Below, in pieces: positions 44,489 through 51,731 of a stretch of 64,000 bases of DNA. The notes under the pieces were generated by a model, which had not been told where the DNA came from, ran no database searches, and was given only the letters and a program-made list of their open reading frames with translations. The number at the start of each line of letters is the position of its first letter. Position 1 is the first letter of the stretch. The position numbers and the translations under genes were made by a program. Source of the DNA: Croceivirga sp. (lineage in GTDB: Bacteria > Bacteroidota > Bacteroidia > Flavobacteriales > Flavobacteriaceae); the NCBI GenBank assembly GCA_965230555.1, contig OZ246014.1, forward strand, positions 3,091,119 to 3,155,118, read 5' to 3'.

Positions 44489-45652
44489 TTATTGTCTTGT
44501 CTGTACAACGGTTGCCGTGGTCATACTATCAGCCGCAGTTTGGGTAACGGTACTTATGTTCCCATCTCCATTCTGTGTAACAGAAATCATTGCATCGGTT
44601 GTTCCCATTTGGGTTGCAATGCTACTATTGCTATTACCATTACGTTGCAAAACCTTTATGGTACTGTTTACAGTTGAAAGATCTTGTTTGGCAGTACTGC
44701 TATTGCCAGTACCATTGCGCTGATCAATATCCATATCATTATCTACACCTGCTTGAACTGTACTGGAGTAGTTACCATCCCCATCTTGGTCCACAAAGAT
44801 TTCATTGCCCACGCCACTTTGCTCTGCATAGGATTCGTTATAGACGTTACTGTTGCCTTTTTGGGTGATTTTAATGGCATTAGACTCTCCAGATTGCAAA
44901 ACGTCAGAATCGTTGGAATCCATATCTTGATCAACAGCAATGGTATTTCCAAATCCTGTTTGTTCAATATCTGAAATGTTATCAGTACCATTTTGGTTAA
45001 CAAAAGCTTCACTATTTTGTGTCACAAGACTTCCTCCATATTGGTTTACATCTGATATGTTTCGCTTGCCTACTTGATCTATATCAATAAGGCCATTAGA
45101 TCCAGTTTGGTTGACAGTTGAACTGTTCTCTCCAGGACCATTGTTTACACCGGATTGGGTTACATAAACCTTATTTTTAGACCAACTCTGCCAAACTCTT
45201 GAAAAGTTCTTGTCATCGTTTTGTCTAACCTCGGTTAAATTTTCAGTGCCTCCTTGTACATCAATTTCAGAAATATTCTCATCACCCTGTTGGACTACTT
45301 TAGATGTATTTGAATTACCTCCTTGTCTAACAAGAGAATTATTCAACATACCTTCTTGGTTTACATCAACAACAACACCATTCCCTGCTCCATTGGCGTT
45401 GCCAAAAATATTTCCTTGTGAAACAGTTGATATATTGCCAACCCCGTCTTGTTGCACCTTTGAGGAGGTAGCAACCCCAGATCTTTCAGTAACTTTAAGT
45501 TGTTCAAGATTGGATGTGTTAAGATTCCCTTTTTGAATGACCGTTGCCGACGTACTAGCCGTCGCATCTGTTTGCGTTACTGTACTCTCATTTTGAGCGA
45601 ACATAAAAGACCCCATTGCAAGTGCCATTGCACTCATGATAATTTTTCTCAT
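44489..45652 (-). CDS. Major curlin-repeat subunit (CsgA-like, about 20 repeats)
   Basis: Signal peptide MRKIIMSAMALAMGSFMFAQ, then about 20 units such as VQQDGVGNISTVSQ, VRQGGNSNTSKVVQ, VNQTGSNGLIDIDQ, VTQNGDGNISTVTQ. First gene of the operon. Confidence 0.7.
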   Translation of the reverse strand: MRKIIMSAMALAMGSFMFAQNESTVTQTDATASTSATVIQKGNLNTSNLEQLKVTERSGVATSSKVQQDGVGNISTVSQGNIFGNANGAGNGVVVDVNQEGMLNNSLVRQGGNSNTSKVVQQGDENISEIDVQGGTENLTEVRQNDDKNFSRVWQSWSKNKVYVTQSGVNNGPGENSSTVNQTGSNGLIDIDQVGKRNISDVNQYGGSLVTQNSEAFVNQNGTDNISDIEQTGFGNTIAVDQDMDSNDSDVLQSGESNAIKITQKGNSNVYNESYAEQSGVGNEIFVDQDGDGNYSSTVQAGVDNDMDIDQRNGTGNSSTAKQDLSTVNSTIKVLQRNGNSNSSIATQMGTTDAMISVTQNGDGNISTVTQTAADSMTTATVVQTRQ

Positions 45653-45832
45653 AATAATAGAATTTTTAGAAGTTTTAGAATTAAAGGTTAAAAAATATGT
45701 ATTAGCCAATATGGCCAGTATACGTACTTATTACCCATAAACTAAAAGGGGGGATAGGTTAGCTCTACATGTGCCTATTGGGGTTTGGCACATTTCTACA
45801 ACATAATCACTCTAAAACTAGAATCTTTTTGC

Positions 45833-45870
45833 AAAAGAAAAAAAAACACAAATACCCATTTTTGGGTATT
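45833..45870 (-). terminator. Terminator-like hairpin upstream of the curli operon (insulates it from yjdM read-through)
   Basis: AATACCCA-TTTT-TGGGTATT; on the minus strand it is followed by TGTG and a T9 run. Confidence 0.55.
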
Positions 45871-46070
45871 GACTTTTTGAAGAATTCATTATACATCGAT
45901 AAAAGGCATATTTTACCGTTAAACCATTCGATTTTATCGACAAAATACATTGTTAAATCTATGTAAATAAGGGGCTTGGCTCCCGTTCATCTATATTACT
46001 GGCAGATGGTCGATTGTCCAACCCGTCCTTGTTTCCAATTTTTCAAATGTATATTACCCTAAATGACTGA

Positions 46071-46115
46071 TATTTTGAGGTTTGGTTCAGCACTATGAAA
46101 CTCAAGGAGCTTTAG
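46071..46115 (+). pseudogene. Right copy of the 45-bp direct repeat: orphan 3' fragment of a DUF1080 gene (YFEVWFSTMKLKEL*)
   Basis: TATTTTGAGGTTTGGTTCAGCACTATGAAACTCAAGGAGCTTTAG. Similarity to 39704-39748 starts abruptly, with an in-frame TGA immediately upstream. It ends 1 nt from the yjdM stop. Confidence 0.85.
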
Positions 46116-46116
46116 C

Positions 46117-46458
46117 CTAAGCCTTTCGCACAAATTCAGACTTAAGGCCCATGGCGCCAAAACCATCTATCTTACAACTGATGTTATGGTCGCCATCTAC
46201 CAAACGAATGTTCTTGACCTTTGTCCCGGCCTTTACGGGTTTTGGCGCCCCTTTTACGGGCAGATCCTTGATCACCACTACAGAGTCGCCATCGCTCAAG
46301 GTATTTCCGTTGCTATCCAGAACAACGGCTTCGGGTTCTTCCAACGTGGCATCGGGGTTCCATTCATGGCCACATTCGGGGCAGGCATACAAGGCTTCCC
46401 GTAAAAAGTAACCGTAAGGTGATCCGCACTGTGGGCAGGTTTTCATTTCATCTGACAT
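46117..46458 (-). CDS. yjdM: Zinc-ribbon protein YjdM/PhnA
   Basis: 113 aa; CPQC...CPEC zinc ribbon; C-terminal [35 protein letters not shown]. Confidence 0.9.
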   Translation of the reverse strand: MSDEMKTCPQCGSPYGYFLREALYACPECGHEWNPDATLEEPEAVVLDSNGNTLSDGDSVVVIKDLPVKGAPKPVKAGTKVKNIRLVDGDHNISCKIDGFGAMGLKSEFVRKA

Positions 46459-46480
46459 AAATACCGTAAAAAAAGATACG

Positions 46481-46488
46481 CAAATGTA
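46481..46488 (-). promoter_or_regulatory. -7 box TACATTTG upstream of yjdM
   Basis: Exact TAnnTTTG on the minus strand, 23-30 nt upstream of the ATG. Confidence 0.5.
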
Positions 46489-46519
46489 CTAATCCCTCAA
46501 GAAAGGCGGCAATGTCACA

Positions 46520-46580
46520 GGTTTTGGGTTTTGGGTTTTGGGTTTTGGGTTGTGGGTTTTGGGGTTTGGGTTTTGGGTTT
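46520..46580 (+). repeat. Tandem heptamer array (GGGTTTT)n, about 8.5 units
   Basis: GGTTTTGGGTTTTGGGTTTTGGGTTTTGGGTTGTGGGTTTTGGGGTTTGGGTTTTGGGTTT, between the EthD stop and the yjdM promoter. Confidence 0.95.
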
Positions 46581-46627
46581 AGCACCAACTTTGGCAATAA
46601 GTTCCGTATTTTTTGAATGGTTTCACT

Positions 46628-47038
46628 TCATTGCACAACCTCACTTATTTGAACAATGGGCTTAATGTTGGTATAATTTGGAATATCCCCTCTAATCTTT
46701 TGGGCATTTGGCCCAAATGAATTTTGATAATCGGCAATACTCTCAAAATACAGGTAGCCAACCGCTAAAAAAGGAATTGGGTCATTGGGTGTTCGCCCTG
46801 ATATTCCTTTATCAATTTCCAATTTCTTTAAGGAATTACCGAACAGCTTTCTCAGCATTGGCATATGTTTATTGGAATAATAATCCATGTCAAACGTTTT
46901 TCCCTCCTCATTGGGATATAGGATCGTTACCTTAATCATTCCCTGTTTCGTTTGAGGTTGATCAGCGGAATTGGTCTGTCCACAATTTGTCAGAAAAAAT
47001 GGAATACTTAGAATTAGCAAGAAAATTTTTTTTTTCAT
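46628..47038 (-). CDS. EthD-family protein with a lipoprotein signal
   Basis: Lipobox LTNCG; MIKVTILYP...FDMDYYSNKHMPM...VGYLYFESIADYQ pattern of the EthD/TIGR02118 family. Confidence 0.65.
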   Translation of the reverse strand: MKKKIFLLILSIPFFLTNCGQTNSADQPQTKQGMIKVTILYPNEEGKTFDMDYYSNKHMPMLRKLFGNSLKKLEIDKGISGRTPNDPIPFLAVGYLYFESIADYQNSFGPNAQKIRGDIPNYTNIKPIVQISEVVQ

Positions 47039-47198
47039 AAGCTGATAGTTATACGTTCTATTTCTTTTTCTGCCTGCAGCCTAACTCTCACATATACCTT
47101 ACTTCCCTTAAAAATAAAGAAAAACCATTATTAACAAGGCCAAAACACGGTTAAGAAATTACCCCCAATACAACGGCTCACAAAGGCTCAGCTTTCTG

Positions 47199-48188
47199 CT
47201 ACCGTATCCTGGGAGGATTTGTCAAATGGTCTTTTTCCCATATTTTCTTGGTGGTAAGCTGATCCATATTGCCCCCGGAAAGGATGACCAGCACCCGCCG
47301 TGCGGAGGTTTGGGTCTTCAGCCATTGGACCACCCCCTCCATGGTCATGGCACTGGTGGGTTCCATTCGGCATTTGAGCAAATGGGTGAGCCATTGCGTC
47401 CAATACCCAATCTTTTCTTCGGCTATTTCATAAAAGCCGTCCAATTGTTTTAAATATTCAAAGGTAATGTCGCCCACGGCCATGGTCATGGCGCCATCGG
47501 CCAAGGTATTGGGGATGCCCTGTAAACGTTGTATGCTCCCTTTTCGCAAGGACTCTGCCGCATCATTGGCTTGCAACGGCTCCACCCCAAACATTTTGAT
47601 TTCTGGTGACACCCCCTTTGTGGCAATAAAGGAGCCCGAGGTGAGTCCGCCCCCACCGCAAGGGGTAAAAACGGCGTCAACCTCTTTTAATTCAGAAAGG
47701 GCTTCATAGGCCGCCGTACCTTGTCCGCAAATTACTTGGTCATGGTTAAAGGGTGGAATCCAATAGGTGCCTTTTTCTTGGGCCGCTTCGCGAACCAGTG
47801 CATCAGAGACATCACGGGTTTTGCTCAGCACCACTTGCGCCCCATACCCTTTGGTGGCCTGAATCTTGACCTGTGAGGAATATTCCGGCATAAAAATGGT
47901 GGCAGGTATGCCAAATTGCTGCGCGGCATAGGCCACCGCTTGCGCATGGTTGCCCGAACTGTTTGCCACAATACGTTCGGGTTTTTGGTCCGTCTCCAAC
48001 AACCAAGCCAGGGTGTTGAGACCGCCACGGGCCTTAAAAGCCCCTATTTTCTGAAAGTTCTCGCATTTAAAGTAAATCTCATGCCCCAACCATTGGTTCA
48101 ATAGGGATGACGATAGCATGGGGGTTTTGTTGATGTAGGGGGCAATACGGTTTTTAGCCCGCTCAATATCTTTTAATGTCAATTTCAT
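47199..48188 (-). CDS. PLP-dependent threonine/serine dehydratase
   Basis: 329 aa; PLP lysine motif FKCENFQKIGAFKARG, SSGNHAQA, GGGGL loop. Confidence 0.85.
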   Translation of the reverse strand: MKLTLKDIERAKNRIAPYINKTPMLSSSLLNQWLGHEIYFKCENFQKIGAFKARGGLNTLAWLLETDQKPERIVANSSGNHAQAVAYAAQQFGIPATIFMPEYSSQVKIQATKGYGAQVVLSKTRDVSDALVREAAQEKGTYWIPPFNHDQVICGQGTAAYEALSELKEVDAVFTPCGGGGLTSGSFIATKGVSPEIKMFGVEPLQANDAAESLRKGSIQRLQGIPNTLADGAMTMAVGDITFEYLKQLDGFYEIAEEKIGYWTQWLTHLLKCRMEPTSAMTMEGVVQWLKTQTSARRVLVILSGGNMDQLTTKKIWEKDHLTNPPRIR

Positions 48189-48203
48189 TGTCTAAAAATA
48201 GAG

Positions 48204-48223
48204 ATTCCCGCTTTCGCGGGAAT
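48204..48223 (-). terminator. Hairpin ATTCCCGC-TTTC-GCGGGAAT after the GS type III gene
   Basis: 8-bp GC-rich stem, followed on the minus strand by CTCTATTTTT. Coordinates adjusted by -1 to match the ORF track. Confidence 0.55.
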
Positions 48224-48236
48224 GACACATCAAAAG

Positions 48237-50423
48237 TTATTTTACAAAAAGTAGTTCCCGGTACTTGGTCAAGGGCCAATGGTCATCGGCAATCAAATTC
48301 TCCAAGGCATCGGCATGATCCCTGATTTTTTCAAAATACGGTTTTATGGTATCGCAATAGGTTTTGGCCTTTTTGGCCACTGTCGCCATATTGTCGGCCC
48401 TTTGTTTGGCATCGAGCATGGCATCGGTCATTTTTTTCATTTCGGCCATATGCTGGGCAATCTGCTCCAAAATGTTCAGTTGGGGCTCGGTAAAGTTTTT
48501 ATGGGCCGCTCCGTAGACTTCCTTCATGCCTTGGATGTTCTGTAGCAACACATTCTGATAACCGATCGCGGCCGGCAAAACATGGTTATAGACCAATTCC
48601 CCCAGGATACGGCCTTCAATCTGAATGTTGAAGACGTAATTATCCAATTCCACACCCTGATGCGCCTTCAGTTCCACTTCACTCATCACGTTTGTTGCTG
48701 CAAACAGATCGGCACTCTCCTTTGAGGTCAATACCTGAAGGGCTTCTGGAGTGTTCTTGTTGTTGCTCAACTTTCGCCTTCTGGCCTCTTCCTGCCAATC
48801 AAAACTGTAGCCATCACCGTCAAAACGGATTCGTTTTGAGGTTTTGATATACTCCCGAAGGACATTAAAGACCGCCTCGTCCTTCTTCAGGTTCTTCTTG
48901 TCGATCAAGGTATCCACTTCCTTTTTAAAATCCATCAACTGCTTGGCCACAACGGTATTGAGGATGGTCATAGGCTTGGCACAGTTCATCTTGGCTCCTA
49001 CCCCACGGATCTCAAATTTATTACCGGTAAAGGCAAAGGGCGAGGTTCGGTTCCTATCGGTATTGTCCAATAATATTTCTGGAATTTTACCTACTACATT
49101 GAGTTTCAATTCTGTCTTCTCCTGAGGGGAAAGCTTTCCTTTGGAAACGCCCTCCAATTCATCCAGCACATCGCCCAACTGCTGCCCGATAAAAACAGAG
49201 ATAATGGCCGGTGGCGCCTCTTGTCCGCCCAAACGATGGTCATTACTGGCCGAAGCGATCGAAGCGCGCATCAATTCCTCATAGGTATCCACCGCTTTAA
49301 TAGTGTTCACAAAAAAGGTCAAAAACTGTAGGTTTTTCATCGGGGTCTTCCCCGGACTCAACAAATTGGTTCCCGTATCGGTAGCCAAGGACCAGTTGTT
49401 GTGCTTGCCCGAACCATTGATGCCCTGAAAAGGCTTTTCGTGAAAGAGCACCTTAAATCCGTGTTGGTCGGCAATGTCTTCCATCACATCCATCAACAGC
49501 AGGTTGTGGTCCACGGCCAAATTGGCTTCTTCATGGACCGGGGCCAATTCAAACTGGTTCGGAGCCACCTCGTTATGCCGTGTCTTAACCGGAATGCCCA
49601 ACAACATGCACTGTTTCTCCAACTCACTCATAAAGGCCAACACCCGGGAAGGAATGACCCCAAAATAATGATCGTCCAATTGTTGTCCCTTGGCCGGTGC
49701 CTTGCCCACCAGGGTTCTCCCCGTCATCAATAAATCTGGTCTGGACTGAGCCAAGGCCTTGTCCACCAAAAAATATTCCTGTTCCCACCCCAAAGTGGCA
49801 TATACCTTGCGTACATTCTTATCAAAATATTGTGAGACTCCTGTTGCCGCCTCATCCACAGCATGCAAAGCCCTTAAAAGTGGGGCCTTGTTGTCCAGGG
49901 CATCGCCCCGGTAGGACACAAAAATGGTCGGGATGCAAAGGGTCGTCTTGTAAATAAATGCCGGTGAAGTGGGATCCCATGCCGTGTACCCCCTTGCTTC
50001 AAAGGTGTTGCGAATGCCCCCGCTCGGAAAACTGGAGGCATCGGGTTCTTGCTGCACCAATTGGGCGCCCTCAAATTTTTCGATGGAACGTCCATCGTCC
50101 ATCAAATCAAAAAAGGCATCGTGCTTTTCTGCGGTGGCCCCCGTCAAAGGCTGAAACCAATGCGTGTAATGTGTGGCCCCCAAGGATAGTGCCCAAGCCT
50201 TCATCCCCTCGGCAACCTGATCGGCAATCTTACGGTCTATTTTGCTCCCCGCAAAAATAGCGGCCTGCACCTTGTCATAGGCATCCTTGGACAGGAATTG
50301 CAGCATCTTGTCTTGGTTGAAGACATTTCTTCCGAAAATTGACGATCGTTTTTCCCGTTCCTCAATACTTTTTGAACCTCTTTTGTGAATATCTGCCAAT
50401 GTGGCCAAGCGTACGTTTTGCAT
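48237..50423 (-). CDS. glnN: Glutamine synthetase type III
   Basis: 728 aa, a length and block pattern (HYTHWFQP, GWEQEYF, HNEVAPNQFE, NGSGKHNNWS) typical of GSIII. Confidence 0.9.
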   Translation of the reverse strand: MQNVRLATLADIHKRGSKSIEEREKRSSIFGRNVFNQDKMLQFLSKDAYDKVQAAIFAGSKIDRKIADQVAEGMKAWALSLGATHYTHWFQPLTGATAEKHDAFFDLMDDGRSIEKFEGAQLVQQEPDASSFPSGGIRNTFEARGYTAWDPTSPAFIYKTTLCIPTIFVSYRGDALDNKAPLLRALHAVDEAATGVSQYFDKNVRKVYATLGWEQEYFLVDKALAQSRPDLLMTGRTLVGKAPAKGQQLDDHYFGVIPSRVLAFMSELEKQCMLLGIPVKTRHNEVAPNQFELAPVHEEANLAVDHNLLLMDVMEDIADQHGFKVLFHEKPFQGINGSGKHNNWSLATDTGTNLLSPGKTPMKNLQFLTFFVNTIKAVDTYEELMRASIASASNDHRLGGQEAPPAIISVFIGQQLGDVLDELEGVSKGKLSPQEKTELKLNVVGKIPEILLDNTDRNRTSPFAFTGNKFEIRGVGAKMNCAKPMTILNTVVAKQLMDFKKEVDTLIDKKNLKKDEAVFNVLREYIKTSKRIRFDGDGYSFDWQEEARRRKLSNNKNTPEALQVLTSKESADLFAATNVMSEVELKAHQGVELDNYVFNIQIEGRILGELVYNHVLPAAIGYQNVLLQNIQGMKEVYGAAHKNFTEPQLNILEQIAQHMAEMKKMTDAMLDAKQRADNMATVAKKAKTYCDTIKPYFEKIRDHADALENLIADDHWPLTKYRELLFVK

Positions 50424-50442
50424 TGCCGTTGTTTTGTTTGCA

Positions 50443-50450
50443 CAAAATTA
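50443..50450 (-). promoter_or_regulatory. -7 box TAATTTTG upstream of the GSIII gene
   Basis: Exact TAnnTTTG on the minus strand, about 20 nt upstream of the ATG (coordinates -1 from printed). Confidence 0.5.
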
Positions 50451-50582
50451 GGGATTTAGCAATTTCCATAAAAAATATTGGCGTTTTTTACATATGCCCC
50501 ATCATTTTTGGGGGTGGTTTAAAATATATGTTTTTTTTACGCAGTTACACCCGTAAAAAGTTGGTATTTAAAATCATTAGCA

Positions 50583-50590
50583 TACTTTTG
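50583..50590 (+). promoter_or_regulatory. -7 box TACTTTTG upstream of the GSII gene
   Basis: Exact TAnnTTTG 34 nt upstream of the ATG, with a TTG about 20 nt further upstream. Confidence 0.5.
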
Positions 50591-50624
50591 TGCTTATTTC
50601 AAAAATTGACTAATAACAAAAGTT

Positions 50625-51638
50625 ATGAGCAAGGCAAAATTAGAATACATCTGGTTGGACGGCTATGAGCCTACAGCCAATATGAGAAGTAAAACTAAAG
50701 TTGAGAAAGACTTTAGCGGTAAATTGGAAGACTGCCCGGTATGGTCTTTTGATGGTAGTTCCACACAACAGGCCGAAGGTGGTTCCTCTGACTGTTTGTT
50801 GAAACCTGTGGCCATTTTCCCAGATCCTGCACGCCATAACGGCTATTTGGTCATGGCAGAGGTATTGAACCCCGATGGTACACCACACGTTTCCAACTCC
50901 CGCGCCACCATTGATGATGAGAATGACGATTTCTGGTTCGGTTTTGAACAGGAATACTTTATAATGGACACCGAGACCCAGTTACCCCTTGGTTTCCCCA
51001 TGGGCGGTTACCCAGGCCCACAAGGATTGTATTATTGCTCCGTTGGGGGCAGAAATACACATGGCCGTGAATTGGTGGAACGCCACGCCGATATGTGTTT
51101 GGAAGCCGGAATCAATTTTGAGGGCATTAACCAAGAAGTTGCCTGTGGCCAATGGGAATTCCAGATTTTTGCCAAAGGAGCCAAAAGTGCCGGTGACCAA
51201 ATTTGGGTGGCCCGCTATATCCTTGATCGTCTGACTGAGGAATATGGATATTACATTGACTACCACCCAAAACCCATTAAAGGGGATTGGAACGGTTCTG
51301 GTATGCACGCCAATTTCTCTGATACTACCTTGAGAACAGCTGGCAACAAAGAAACGTATGAGAAAATCTGTGAAGCCTTTAGACCCGTTACCGAAGAGCA
51401 TATTGCCGTATATGGTGAGTTTAATGATCAGCGTTTAACCGGTTTGCACGAAACCCAATCCATCCACGAATTCAGTTATGGGGTTTCTGATCGCGGGGCA
51501 TCCATCCGTATCCCGATCGCTACGGTAGAAAGTGGCTGGAAAGGTTGGTTGGAAGATAGAAGACCTGCTTCCAATGCCGACCCCTATAAGGTTGCTGCCC
51601 GTATTATCAAAACCGTTAAATCTGCAGAAAAATCTTAG
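50625..51638 (+). CDS. glnII: Glutamine synthetase type II (eukaryote-like)
   Basis: 337 aa; LEYIWLDG, FGFEQEYF, GQWEFQ, NGSGMHANFS blocks. Confidence 0.9.
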   Translation: MSKAKLEYIWLDGYEPTANMRSKTKVEKDFSGKLEDCPVWSFDGSSTQQAEGGSSDCLLKPVAIFPDPARHNGYLVMAEVLNPDGTPHVSNSRATIDDENDDFWFGFEQEYFIMDTETQLPLGFPMGGYPGPQGLYYCSVGGRNTHGRELVERHADMCLEAGINFEGINQEVACGQWEFQIFAKGAKSAGDQIWVARYILDRLTEEYGYYIDYHPKPIKGDWNGSGMHANFSDTTLRTAGNKETYEKICEAFRPVTEEHIAVYGEFNDQRLTGLHETQSIHEFSYGVSDRGASIRIPIATVESGWKGWLEDRRPASNADPYKVAARIIKTVKSAEKS

Positions 51639-51671
51639 ATATATAGATTATAGTTGTTGATTAGAAAAATT

Positions 51672-51719
51672 GACCGCCTATTTCGGCTTCGCCCAAGCGA
51701 CCGTAAAGGCGGTCTTTTT
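51672..51719. terminator. Large-loop hairpin terminator between convergent GSII and antiporter genes
   Basis: GACCGCC-(29 nt loop TATTTCGGCTTCGCCCAAGCGACCGTAAA)-GGCGGTC followed by TTTTT. Confidence 0.55.
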
Positions 51720-51731
51720 ATGTTCTACCAA

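Noticed and set aside
45769-45966. 65-aa plus-strand ORF and a TGGCAC-like string (45786-45802) in the curli leader
   Set aside because: The ORF is K/L/I-rich low-complexity sequence in AT-rich DNA. The TGGCAC is followed by TACAA rather than TTGC at the -12 position and points away from the operon, so I do not call it a sigma-54 promoter.
46520-46580. Considered a CRISPR array or eukaryotic telomere contamination for the TTTTGGG array (also considered for the 35364-35520 repeats)
   Set aside because: The 7-bp units have no spacers, and the other repeat has only two copies. Both are embedded between ordinary bacterial genes with continuous context, and no cas genes are in the window.
48181-51540. 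Apparent 1-nt indels at line boundaries (an extra C at printed 48181, a missing A at printed 51540/51541, and similarly a missing A at 24600/24601)
   Set aside because: The ORF track shows uninterrupted dehydratase, GSIII, GSII and SusC frames that require the unshifted sequence. I therefore treat this as a display or numbering inconsistency, not as biological frameshifts or pseudogenes. Coordinates in these stretches were adjusted to the ORF track.
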